A DNA stretch of 64,000 nucleotides from Opitutia bacterium. Lineage in GTDB: Bacteria > Verrucomicrobiota > Verrucomicrobiia > Opitutales > T3Sed10-336. The stretch spans positions 18,045 to 82,044 of the forward strand of contig PWMU01000177.1 in the NCBI GenBank assembly GCA_003558065.1. The letters are read 5' to 3'. The translations under genes were made by a program, and so were the position numbers. Below, one piece after another: positions 39,343 through 48,869 of the stretch (within the stretch, counting starts at the first letter, position 1; the number at the start of each line of letters is the position of its first letter). The notes beneath the pieces are model-generated. The model worked only from the letters and a program-made list of their open reading frames with translations, had not been told where the DNA came from and made no database searches.

Positions 39343-40533
39343 ATGCCATCGGAGATTCAGGATCGGGCGCGCATCACCTTCCGCTACGACTTGGTGCGGG
39401 GAAGCTGCCAGGGGTTGCTCGAAGCGGGCATGCACACGTTTGTCCTGTTGATCGCGGTCCGCGTGTTCGACGCCTCGCCCACGCTAAAGGCGATGCTGGC
39501 CGGCGCCGGCCCCTACGGGCTGCTTCTGACGCCCCTCAGTCTCTATTTTGTTGCGCGCCTTCGTACACCGGCGGCGAAGGCGGGTGGTCTTTTTCTGATC
39601 CTTTCCTCGATGGCGCTCGTGGTCGCGGCCTGGACCGGGAACCTTTACCTATTCGTGGTTGCGACCGTTCTCGGGTACCTGTTGTTCCACCAGCAGATGC
39701 CCCTGCTGGTCCACATCTACTCGAACAATTACGAATCCCACCGGCGGGGCTCCCTGCTTTCGAACAGTATTTTCCTCGCCGTGCTGGCCTCGGCGCTTTT
39801 CGCCTACGCGGGCGGAAAGGCCCTCGACGCGGATCTGGGTCACTATCGCTACGTCGTGCTGGTCCTCGCATCCGCGTCCCTGCTGGCGGGTTGGGCCATT
39901 TACCGCATGCCCTCGACGGCCCTCTCCCGCCAGACCTCGAAAAATCCCTTTGAGAATCTCAGCCTGGCCTGGAAGGACAAGGTTTTCGGCTGGATGCTTT
40001 TTATCTGGATGCTGATGGGTGTGGGCAACCTCATGACGATCCCGCTCCGTGTGGAGTACATGGCCCAGCCTCGTTTCGGGATCGAGGCAACTAACGCCCA
40101 AATCGCCCTGATGACCGCGGTCATCCCATCGATCGCCCGCCTCATGACCACCCATGTCTGGGGCTACCTGTTCGATAACATCAACTTCGTGGTCATTCGC
40201 TCCAGCCTCAACATCTGCTTCCTGGCGGCGATTCTGCTGTTCTTCAACTCCCAGAGTCTGATCATGCTCGGGATCGCCTCGGCCATTTTCGGAATCGGCG
40301 CGGCCGGGGGCAATATTGCCTGGAACCTGTGGGTGACGAAGCTCGCCCCCGAAGGAAAAGCAGCCGAGTACATGGGCGTCCACACCTTCACCACAGGAAT
40401 CCGGGGCATCCTCGCTCCCTTCCTTGGATTCTACCTCCTCGCCATTTATCCGGCCGAAGCCGTCGCCTGGATCGCCGCCGTGTTGATCGGCATATCCGTG
40501 GTCAGCCTGGGTCCCATCAAGAACCGATTCTGA
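39343..40533 (+). CDS. MFS-type transporter
   Basis: About 396 aa with roughly 12 hydrophobic segments and a central loop. Substrate unknown. Confidence 0.7.
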   Translation: MPSEIQDRARITFRYDLVRGSCQGLLEAGMHTFVLLIAVRVFDASPTLKAMLAGAGPYGLLLTPLSLYFVARLRTPAAKAGGLFLILSSMALVVAAWTGNLYLFVVATVLGYLLFHQQMPLLVHIYSNNYESHRRGSLLSNSIFLAVLASALFAYAGGKALDADLGHYRYVVLVLASASLLAGWAIYRMPSTALSRQTSKNPFENLSLAWKDKVFGWMLFIWMLMGVGNLMTIPLRVEYMAQPRFGIEATNAQIALMTAVIPSIARLMTTHVWGYLFDNINFVVIRSSLNICFLAAILLFFNSQSLIMLGIASAIFGIGAAGGNIAWNLWVTKLAPEGKAAEYMGVHTFTTGIRGILAPFLGFYLLAIYPAEAVAWIAAVLIGISVVSLGPIKNRF

Positions 40534-40596
40534 ACCAGGCGCCGGCCAAACGATCCGAAAAAACACGGCTTTCGAAAGTATGAGCCCGACGGACCG

Positions 40597-41073
40597 CTAG
40601 CTCCCCGTCCCCTGCGCCCGCTCAAAGATCCGGATCGCCTTCTCCAGCTCGCCCTCAATCTCGCCGCGGTCTTCGATAAAAACAACCTCGGCCCCCGGGC
40701 CGTCCGGTTCCCATTGCCAGGTCTTGCCGGACACGTAATGCCGGACGGGATAATCCGGCGCCTCAACCTCCACCCGATCTTCAGCCTCCGAGATCACCTG
40801 CGGCGCCATGATTTCGGGATCGCGGTTCAGTTTTGAAAGCACCCACAATTCGTCTCCGACGACGTGGATCTCCTCGATCGCGATCTCCCAGCCCGGATCC
40901 GGCGTCTGCACGGAAACCGCAACCTCCCTCGTCACCCAGGCGTCACCGTTCCGGGCGGCCGAGCGGTCACTCACCGGCGCACCCCCTGTCGAACAGGCGG
41001 CAGCGGCAAGAAGTAAAATCGGCCCGATGACGGCAGCCACTGCTTTCGAACCATAAACCCATAACCCATGCAT
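40597..41073 (-). CDS. Hypothetical lipoprotein
   Basis: ILLLAAAACSTGG lipobox. It lies 33 nt downstream of the dtxR-like gene on the same strand. Confidence 0.55.
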   Translation of the reverse strand: MHGLWVYGSKAVAAVIGPILLLAAAACSTGGAPVSDRSAARNGDAWVTREVAVSVQTPDPGWEIAIEEIHVVGDELWVLSKLNRDPEIMAPQVISEAEDRVEVEAPDYPVRHYVSGKTWQWEPDGPGAEVVFIEDRGEIEGELEKAIRIFERAQGTGS

Positions 41074-41106
41074 ACTCGGATAACGACCGCCTTCATCGGC
41101 CCTTGT

Positions 41107-41775
41107 TCACCAATCCACCTGTTCCACTTCGATCTTCTCGGCTACAGTCAGGCTGAGAGTCGCTGTCTTGCCACCGCCCAAGTCAAGCGACAGGGTCTGC
41201 CCCACCGCATCCTTGTCGAGCAGCTTCACCGACACACCCGGTTCCAAGCCGTTCTTCTCCAGAAACCGCAGGAACCTGGCCTCCTGATCCAGTACCCGGC
41301 CGATCCTCACCCGCGAATCGGGGGAACAGTCGGTGAGGTTCACCAGTTCCCGGTGATCCACCTCTCCCTTCGGGTTGGGAATCGGATCCCCGTGCGGATC
41401 GACCTTCGGGTACCCCAGGTGCTTCTCCATCCGCGCCAGTACTTCGTCGGAAATCACGTGCTCCATGTTTTCGGCCTCCTCATGAACCTCGGACCAGTTC
41501 ATATCGAGCACCTTGACCAGGAAAAGCTCGATCACGCGGTGGCGGCGAAGCACGTGCAGGGCGAGTTTCTTGCCGCTGCCCGTCAGCCTGACTCCGACCC
41601 GCGATTCGTAATCCACGAGATTCGCCTCGGCCAGTGACTTGATCATGGTGGTCGCCGTCCCCGGGAACACTTTCAACGCGGCCGCAAGCTTTCCCATGGG
41701 AACCGGCTGCCCCTCGTGCCGCTGTTCTTCCAGATAAATCTCCTTTATGTAATTTTCTACCGTGCTGGTCGCCAT
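41107..41775 (-). CDS. DtxR/IdeR/MntR family metal-dependent regulator with a FeoA/SH3-like C-terminal domain
   Basis: ATG at 41775. [18 protein letters not shown]..., [38 protein letters not shown] and VDPHGDPIP. Confidence 0.85.
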   Translation of the reverse strand: MATSTVENYIKEIYLEEQRHEGQPVPMGKLAAALKVFPGTATTMIKSLAEANLVDYESRVGVRLTGSGKKLALHVLRRHRVIELFLVKVLDMNWSEVHEEAENMEHVISDEVLARMEKHLGYPKVDPHGDPIPNPKGEVDHRELVNLTDCSPDSRVRIGRVLDQEARFLRFLEKNGLEPGVSVKLLDKDAVGQTLSLDLGGGKTATLSLTVAEKIEVEQVDW

Positions 41776-41875
41776 TGGTGGTGCAAATTCTGACCGCTCC
41801 CGGCGGAAAATAAAGAATAAAGCACGGGCACATTTCGGGAAACAGGCGGGGCAATTCTTTCTTTCCACAACCAGA

Positions 41876-41896
41876 AAACTCATCTTAACTGAGTTT
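41876..41896. promoter_or_regulatory. Inverted repeat AAACTCA-N7-TGAGTTT immediately upstream of trxB
   Basis: Perfect 7-bp arms at 41876-41882 and 41890-41896, ending 3 nt before the trxB ATG. It lies in the 124-nt divergent region shared with the dtxR-like gene. Confidence 0.3.
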
Positions 41897-41899
41897 CCT

Positions 41900-42847
41900 A
41901 TGAGCAGTGCCTCCACCGAAAACGTAATCATTATAGGAACAGGCTGCGCCGGGCTCACAGCGGCCATTTACACGGCGCGGGCCAACCTGAAACCTCTGGT
42001 GATTGAAGGGAACCAGCCCGGGGGACAGCTGACGACGACCTCCGAAGTCGAAAACTATCCGGGTTTTGAAAACGGGATCGACGGGTTTGCGCTGATGGAC
42101 CAGATGCGCAAGCAGGCCAAGCGCTTCGGCACGCGTTTTTTTCAGGGGTATGTCAAAAAGGTCGATTTCAGCCAGAGTTCGTATGTGATCTCCACGGGTG
42201 AGCAGGAATTCCGCGCCCGCTCGGTCATTATCTCCACCGGCGCCGCCCCCCGGCTGCTCGGGCTTGAATCCGAGAAACTGCTTTTCGGAGGCGGCGGAGT
42301 CACCACGTGTGCCACCTGCGACGGCGCTTTCTACCGGGACATGGACGTCGTCGTGGTCGGCGGGGGGGATTCGGCCTGCGAAGAGGCGCTTTTCCTGACC
42401 CGCTTCTGCTCCAAAGTCACCCTCATTCACCGCCGCGACCAATTGCGCGCCTCGCAAATCATGCAGGACCGCGTTTTTGCCAGTGAAAAAATCGAGGTCC
42501 TCTGGGATACGGTGGTCGACGACATCCTGGGCGCCGAGGAAAAAGCCGTGCGCGGAGTGCGGCTGCGCAACCGCAAGACGGACCAGGTGAGCGAGCTGCC
42601 GTGCAAGGGGGTTTTCATGGCCATCGGCCACATTCCCAACACTCAACCCTTCGCGGGAAGCCTGGACCTCGATGACGACGGCTACCTCCTTCCGGTGCCG
42701 GGAAGCCAGGTAAAGACGAAGATCCCGGGGGTCTACGCGGCCGGAGACTGTGTGGACCACGTTTACCGGCAGGCGGTCACAGCCGCCGGAATGGGCTGCC
42801 AGGCGGCGATCGAGGCCGAACGCTGGCTGGCGGAACAGGAATCTTGA
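41900..42847 (+). CDS. trxB: Thioredoxin-disulfide reductase
   Basis: [16 protein letters not shown], the redox-active CATCDG, and [16 protein letters not shown]. 315 aa counted from the ATG at 41900. Confidence 0.9.
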   Translation: MSSASTENVIIIGTGCAGLTAAIYTARANLKPLVIEGNQPGGQLTTTSEVENYPGFENGIDGFALMDQMRKQAKRFGTRFFQGYVKKVDFSQSSYVISTGEQEFRARSVIISTGAAPRLLGLESEKLLFGGGGVTTCATCDGAFYRDMDVVVVGGGDSACEEALFLTRFCSKVTLIHRRDQLRASQIMQDRVFASEKIEVLWDTVVDDILGAEEKAVRGVRLRNRKTDQVSELPCKGVFMAIGHIPNTQPFAGSLDLDDDGYLLPVPGSQVKTKIPGVYAAGDCVDHVYRQAVTAAGMGCQAAIEAERWLAEQES

Positions 42848-43113
42848 ACCTTGGAAAAGCGCAACGACCCGCCTCTCCAGGGAAGTCGCTTGTTACCGGA
42901 CCAATGCCACGGTCAGGGGAGTTTCCGAGCCCCGTACCTCGGTCTTCGCCGGTGCCGCCACCTCCCTCGACGACTACCCGGTCTGTTTCGGGGCGTTCCC
43001 AGGTTGAAGAGGGTTCTCTAGTCGGGGCCTCGAAAAAAAATCAAAGGAATCTTCTCGTTTCGACTGGAACTTTTTCCCAATCCGGGTTACCTAGGGTTTG
43101 GGCAATTTGAAGG

Positions 43114-43200
43114 TTTTCCTCCGCATAGCGGAGGTTTGGGGTAAATAAGAAAGCAAAGGGCAGCCGGTTTAGGGGTAGGCCGGCTGCCCACTTCTTTTAC
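43114..43200 (+). repeat. Copy 1 of an ~85-nt two-hairpin intergenic element (candidate structured RNA or REP-like repeat)
   Basis: TTTCCTCCGCATAGCGGAGGTTTGGGG...GGGCAGCCGGTTTAGGGGTAGGCCGGCTGCCCACTTCTTTT. Hairpin 1 is at 43118-43134. Hairpin 2 is at 43158-43189 with a 10-bp stem. It is about 80% identical to 50619-50705. Confidence 0.6.
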
Positions 43201-43371
43201 AGAAGCCAGGACTTGATTTTTTTTCATTGTCGACCGCCCCGCTCCTACCGTCCGGCTTGAGTGTCGGAGGATACAAAGAACTCCAGAAGCCGATCGGTCA
43301 GTCGAGCCGGTGGAATGCCCCGGACGTTTATCGTTGATTTGAGTTCGAGCGAGCGACACTGTTTTCGGAAC

Positions 43372-45744
43372 ATGAAACCGTACCCGCTCTTCCTGATCGC
43401 CGCCGCCGTTTTTTCACAGGGACTCCTAGATCTGGAAGCCGCTCGCATCGAGAACCGGGCGCCGCAGGGGAACGAAATCGGGTATCGCCCCGCGGACGGC
43501 GAGACGGTGCCGCTGAATCCGCCGTCGTGGATCTGGCTGCACGAACCGGACGCCGAAACGTATTCGATCCAGTGGTCGAAGCGGGAGGACTTCGCCGGCG
43601 CCCGCTCCGCCGAGAACCTGCGGTTCAATACCTACACCCACTCGGAGCCGCTGGAGCCGGGCAACTGGTTTTGGCGTTACCGGTTTAAAACGGAGACGGG
43701 AAGAATCTCGAACTGGAGCCGGACCCGGCAGGTCAGCATCGAGTCCGACGGGTCCGTGCTACCGCTCCCGGCGCACGGAGAAATCAGGGAACGGGTACTG
43801 GAGGGCCGGCCGCGCTTGTTGATCGGCCGTGAGGATCTGCAGCGGCTGCGGGAACTCGTGGACGGGCCGGAGTCCGACGCTTTCGCGGGTTTGCGCGCCC
43901 AGGCCGACCGCCACATCGAAAACGGTCCGACGCCCGAACCGGAGAACCTCGGCTCGGCGCGAGACAAGGAAAACGAGGAACTGATCCGCTATTGGTGGCC
44001 GAACCGCGTGCAAACGGTCCGGGCCTCCCGGGAGGCCGAGTTGCTCGCCTTCATGCACCTGGTCACCGGCGAAGAGAAATACAGCGAGGCCGCCCGCCAA
44101 TGGATCTTGCACCTGGCAAGCTGGGACCCCGACGGGCCGACGCAGTTTCACCTGAATTGCGAGGCGGCCAAACCGCTCCTCTACTACCTTCCCCGCGCCT
44201 ACGACTGGGCCTACGACACGCTCTCCCCGGAAGAGCGGAAAACCGTCGCAGGGGTAATGCGGCGGCGCGGCGAAGACGCCTGGAAAAGCTGGGAAATCCG
44301 CCACGGCACGGGGCATTTGAACCAGCCTTACGGGAGTCACGCCAACCGGCTGTGGCACAAGCTCGGGGAGGCGGCTATCGCTTTTTACGAGGAGATCCCG
44401 GAGGCGGAGCTCTGGCTGGACTACGCGCTGAACAAGTTCTACGCCGCGTATCCAATGTGGTCGGACGACGATGGCGGCTGGCACGAGGGAATGGCCTACA
44501 TGGGAAGTTACGTCGGCCGGGTTGTTCCCTGGCTGATGACGGCCAGGACGACCCTCGGGGTCGACGGTCTCAGGAAGCCGTTTTTCAGCCGGGTCGGCGA
44601 TTTTCCCATGTACGTCGCACCGCCGCACTCGCCCAATTCCGGGTTTGCTGACCAGGCGCACAACCCTCCGCGAGGCGGCTGGGGGAACATGATGGATTAC
44701 TTCCTGCGGGTCGCGGGAGAACACCCGGAAAGCGAGGCGCAGGCGCCGTACTGGCGCTGGTGGGTGGAGGAATGGGGATTCTCCGGCCAGGGCGGCCTCC
44801 TCGGCTTGCTCCTCCGCGCCCAGTTGCCGGAACCGCCCGCGGCGCTGCCGCCGGAGGACATTCCCCAGTCGAAGGTTTTTTGGGGAACCGGAATCGCCAG
44901 CCTTCACTCCAACCTCCTCGACAGCCGGGAAAACGTTCACTTCCTTTTCAAGTCGAGCCCCTTCGGCCGCCAGAGTCACGGGCACAACCCGCACAACAGT
45001 TTTCAACTGAACGCATACGGAGAGGCGCTGCTGACAACCTGCGTCTATCGGGACCTGCACGGCAGCAAATTCCATTATCAATGGGCCCACAGCACCCGCG
45101 CCCACAACGCGGTCCTGGTAAACGGCGAGCAGCAGGCACGGCACACGCCGGCTCCGCACGGACGTATTGTCGATTTCATTACAACCCCGGAATGGGATTA
45201 CGTGTCGGGCGACGCGACCGACGCCTACGGCGATCTCCTCGAGCGCTACCAGCGGCACGTCGTATTTATCAAGCCCGACCTCATTGTCATTTACGACGAA
45301 CTGGAGGCGCGCGAGCCGGCCACCTTCCAGTTCATGCTCCACGCCGAAGATCCCTTCGAGGTCTTCGAGGCCAATAACACCCTGCGGCTGAACCGCGAAA
45401 AAGCCGGCCTGGACGCCCGCTACCTGTCGCCTGTCGAGCTAACGTTCCATCAATGGGACGGTTACGAGCCGCCGCCCGAGCGCCGCGAGTTTCCGAACCA
45501 ATGGCACCTGGAAACGGCAACGGTGGAAGAGAAACAGGCGCTCGACATGCTGACCGTGGTCGTTCCGTATCGCGCCGGCGCGCGCTCCGAGTGGTCCGCG
45601 AAACGCGAAGAAACCGAAAGCGCAATCGGCCTGCGCTTCAACCGGAACGGAAAGGAAATCCTGGTGGCTTTCCGGAAAGCCGGTGCGGGCGAAACCGCCG
45701 AGCTCGCCGGCTGGCAATTCACCGGCCCCGCCGCCGTTCGGTGA
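43372..45744 (+). CDS. Heparinase II/III-like polysaccharide lyase (DUF4962-like N-terminus), secreted
   Basis: ATG at 43372 gives the signal peptide MKPYPLFLIAAAVFSQG. It also contains YGSHANRLWH, GRQSHGHNPHNSFQLNAYGEALL and STRAHNAVLVNGEQQ. Confidence 0.8.
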   Translation: MKPYPLFLIAAAVFSQGLLDLEAARIENRAPQGNEIGYRPADGETVPLNPPSWIWLHEPDAETYSIQWSKREDFAGARSAENLRFNTYTHSEPLEPGNWFWRYRFKTETGRISNWSRTRQVSIESDGSVLPLPAHGEIRERVLEGRPRLLIGREDLQRLRELVDGPESDAFAGLRAQADRHIENGPTPEPENLGSARDKENEELIRYWWPNRVQTVRASREAELLAFMHLVTGEEKYSEAARQWILHLASWDPDGPTQFHLNCEAAKPLLYYLPRAYDWAYDTLSPEERKTVAGVMRRRGEDAWKSWEIRHGTGHLNQPYGSHANRLWHKLGEAAIAFYEEIPEAELWLDYALNKFYAAYPMWSDDDGGWHEGMAYMGSYVGRVVPWLMTARTTLGVDGLRKPFFSRVGDFPMYVAPPHSPNSGFADQAHNPPRGGWGNMMDYFLRVAGEHPESEAQAPYWRWWVEEWGFSGQGGLLGLLLRAQLPEPPAALPPEDIPQSKVFWGTGIASLHSNLLDSRENVHFLFKSSPFGRQSHGHNPHNSFQLNAYGEALLTTCVYRDLHGSKFHYQWAHSTRAHNAVLVNGEQQARHTPAPHGRIVDFITTPEWDYVSGDATDAYGDLLERYQRHVVFIKPDLIVIYDELEAREPATFQFMLHAEDPFEVFEANNTLRLNREKAGLDARYLSPVELTFHQWDGYEPPPERREFPNQWHLETATVEEKQALDMLTVVVPYRAGARSEWSAKREETESAIGLRFNRNGKEILVAFRKAGAGETAELAGWQFTGPAAVR

Positions 45745-46116
45745 GCCGCGGAGCGAACGATCTCCCTCCCCAACCCGGCGGAGCCGGTACCAAGAGTTGG
45801 TTTTGAATTTGGACGTTCCTTGTGTTTATCGAGTTTCCCGTACGCGCCGGGTTGGGAATGTTTTGCTGCGCAAAACCGAGGGGGTTTCTCAATAGGGCTT
45901 CAAGCGCCGAGACATAGCTCCGCCATGATTTTGTCAAGAGCGGTTATCCACTCCGACAATACAGTACTTGCTCGCGCAAATCAGTAAGCTGCTTTGAAGC
46001 AGTGAAATAAAGACGTAGACTACTTTTCTCCATTGTTGTTCGTCAAGCGGAAATCTTGCGCGAAACGTTCAAGAGGCTCGCCGAGACAACACCGTACCCG
46101 ATCGACACCACCATTG

Positions 46117-46510
46117 AAGGTTTTTTATTGCTGATCGGGAACGACAATCACCGGCACTCGAGAAGCGTGATCCGGGAGCTTCAAAGGGCTTTATGAAAAC
46201 TTACCCGACAGGGATGCACCGGCCTTACCGGCCGACTCGCGCCCGAATGCACGGGAAGTCCGGCTCAACTATCCCGGCCCCATTGACCTTCTCCTGGCAG
46301 CTATCGTCATGCCCAGCGGGATTTCCTGATCCGATCTGGGCGCACGGCTCCTCGGGGACAAACCCGATCTGAAAGCAATCTTCACCACCGGCTACAGCTC
46401 CAATCTCAACGACACGGCCATGAAAACCTGGAGAAAGTTCATGAATTCTGCGAGAACTCCGCCCCTCGGGTGAACTCCTCCGGGCCGTCGAAGAGCCCAT
46501 CCAGACCCAT
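46117..46510 (+). pseudogene. Decayed response-regulator receiver domain (remnant of a hybrid sensor kinase C-terminus)
   Basis: The fragments FLLLIGNDNHRHSRSVIRELQRAL, PIDLLLAAIVMPSGIS*SDLGARLLGDKPDLKAIFTTGYSS and ILRELRPSGELLRAVEEP lie in three different frames. An in-frame TGA at 46327-46329 replaces the expected Gly. Weak kinase-like remnants may extend back to about 45990. Confidence 0.5.
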
Positions 46511-46921
46511 CGTTTCCGGCGGAAGGGTCACACGGTGCCGGATGCCGAACGTGTGGGATCGTCGATCGCAAAGGAGGCCGTAATTCTCAAACCGGTTCTA
46601 CCGGGTGCGTGCCCGCGCCATCTGAAAAGCGAATTCTTATCAGATCGATTCCGCTAGCGCACTGTTGCCCACATTGGTGTAAGCTCAATGGCAGAAATAC
46701 TTGATCCGGCACGAGTGCCTCTGTCAGTCAGGCCAAGGGCAGGATCCGTGGATGACGAAGTTGTAATTCATCAGTGGAGTAATTACCAACATGTGCAAAG
46801 GTTATTGCACTCCATTTCATTGCAGGAGCCGCTTTATGCCGTGAAACTCCCTGCCCATCCGGTGCAATAACTTTTGCGCGACCTATTGGTATCGCGGCCG
46901 TGCGTAAAAATCAAAGACGAG

Positions 46922-48337
46922 CTACTCGCGGAGATCGTTGATGTCGCCCAAGGGTCGTGAATTGCGGCTCATCTCCTCTTCGTGTTCTTCGAGGACGGCC
47001 TTGAGTTTCTCCACGAGTTCCGGGTGGTCGAGGGCCAGGTTGCGCTGCTCGGCCGGATCCTCATCCAGGTTGAACAGGGACTCGTAGACGTGGATCCGGT
47101 AGTCGGGCGTGTAGTCGTAATAAATGTTGTTGTAGTCCCGATACGTCCCCTCGCGGTGAAACTTCCACTCGCCGGCGCGGACCGCGCGCAGGCCGCGCAA
47201 CCGGTAGTAGAAATAAGCCTCGTAGGGTTCGAACTCCCCTTCCCCGGTCAGCAGCGGCAGGAGGGTCCGTCCATCGATCACGCGGTCGCCGGGAAGCTCC
47301 GCTCCCGCAAGTTCGGCCAGCGTCGGGTAGAGATCCATGACGGTTGTGATCTCGTTGACGACCTTGCCGGCCGGGATCCGGCCCGGCCAGCGCATGATCG
47401 CGGGGACGCGATGGCCGCCTTCCCATGCGGTGCCTTTTCCGTCCCGAAGCGGCGTGGCCAACCCGCCGCCGGCGCCCTTCTGCAGCCACGGGCCGTTGTC
47501 CGAAGCAAAGACGACAAGGGTGTCTTCGTCGAGCCCCAGATCTTCCACGGCCTCGAGGATCCGTCCCGTGCTCCAGTCGAGTTCCTCGACGACGTCCCCG
47601 TACAGACCGAATTCGGAAACACCCTCGAATTCTTCGCTGACATACAGCGGCACGTGCGGAAAGGTGTGGGCGAGGTAGAGAAAAAACGGGCGATCACGGT
47701 TCTCTTCCATGAAACCGATCGCCTCCGCCGTGTAGCGCCGAGTCAGGTAGCGCTGGTCGGGGCCCTCTTCGATGATCTCCTCGTTGCGCATGAGAGGGAG
47801 CGGCGGGAAGGCTTCGCGGCGGCTGTCCGGTCCCATATCGTTGCTGAAGGGAAGCCCGAAGTAATAGTCGAAGCCGTGGTTGGTCGGCAGGAACTCCGGA
47901 TGGTGCCCGAGGTGCCACTTCCCGATGCAGGCGGTCGCGTAGCCCTGCTCCCGCAGCAGGTCCGCGATCGTGATCTCATCCGGGTGCAGTCCGATTTCCG
48001 AGTCGGGCCAGCACACGCGGTCCATCCCGACCCGTTCGGCGTAGCTCCCGGTCAGGAGCGCCGCCCGCGTCGGCGAGCACAAGCTTTCCGCGTAAAAGTC
48101 GGTTAATTTCACCCCCTCCGCCGCCATGCGGTCCGCGTAAGGAGTCCGGATCTTCGGCGCGCCATACACACCGATGTCGGTGTAGCCGAGATCGTCGAGC
48201 AGGATGATGATCACGTTGGGCCGGCGGTCGGCGCCGTTCGCGTCCTCGGCGCGCAGGCCGTTCGGATGAAACAGGCACGCGACGACAACCGCCCCTGCGG
48301 TGACCAGCTTCAGGACGTATTTCGATTCAGGCTTCAT
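46922..48337 (-). CDS. Arylsulfatase (formylglycine-dependent sulfatase family), secreted
   Basis: ATG at 48337 precedes a signal peptide. PNVIIILLDDLGYTD and CSPTRAALLTG (C-x-P-x-R) are present; 471 aa. Confidence 0.9.
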   Translation of the reverse strand: MKPESKYVLKLVTAGAVVVACLFHPNGLRAEDANGADRRPNVIIILLDDLGYTDIGVYGAPKIRTPYADRMAAEGVKLTDFYAESLCSPTRAALLTGSYAERVGMDRVCWPDSEIGLHPDEITIADLLREQGYATACIGKWHLGHHPEFLPTNHGFDYYFGLPFSNDMGPDSRREAFPPLPLMRNEEIIEEGPDQRYLTRRYTAEAIGFMEENRDRPFFLYLAHTFPHVPLYVSEEFEGVSEFGLYGDVVEELDWSTGRILEAVEDLGLDEDTLVVFASDNGPWLQKGAGGGLATPLRDGKGTAWEGGHRVPAIMRWPGRIPAGKVVNEITTVMDLYPTLAELAGAELPGDRVIDGRTLLPLLTGEGEFEPYEAYFYYRLRGLRAVRAGEWKFHREGTYRDYNNIYYDYTPDYRIHVYESLFNLDEDPAEQRNLALDHPELVEKLKAVLEEHEEEMSRNSRPLGDINDLRE

Positions 48338-48869
48338 GGGCTTTTCCGGGGCGCGGGTTAACGATGGACTAGGCAGGGCGCCCAGCACCCGTACCCCTAG
48401 AAAACCTTCGGGCCGGATTGCAAGAATTTTCACCGGCGGCCCCTGGGAAAGCCGGCTCGTTTCCGGCGGGAGAAGCGCGCCGGCGGCTTTACACGGAACG
48501 AACACGTACAGGAGGAATCCCGGCACGGCGCGCAGCAGGATCGACTTTTCCGAGCTGTTGGCGACGACGATACCGAACAGTTCGCCCCGACGGAGAACAA
48601 GATTGACCGCCATGAGCAGCAGACACGTGCATCGCCCCCCCTATCTCACGCATGATGGAGACGGGTTGACTTTTCGATAACGAAGACTTCACTTTTCAGT
48701 TACCCGATTATCCCCTCCGAAAACGCGAATACGTTCCCAAGAGAGGTTGACCGACAAACAACACTTTCAGCCGAAACTGAACGGGAAATCCCATGCCACC
48801 TATGAAAATTAGAACACGGCTCTTCCTGTTTGCCTGTCTAATTGCGAGCTTCCGTATAGGTAACAATCC

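Noticed and set aside
43150-43190. Possible c-di-GMP-I (GEMM) riboswitch similarity in the repeated element (GCAAAG...CCGG...GGTAGG)
   Set aside because: Only short strings resemble the Vc2 aptamer. The first hairpin has a 3-nt AUA loop instead of a GNRA tetraloop, and the tetraloop-receptor architecture is missing.
46688-46870. 60-aa ORF in the AT-rich gap, considered as a toxin/antitoxin-like small gene
   Set aside because: It runs through the nested inverted repeat, has no partner ORF and has no recognisable fold signature.
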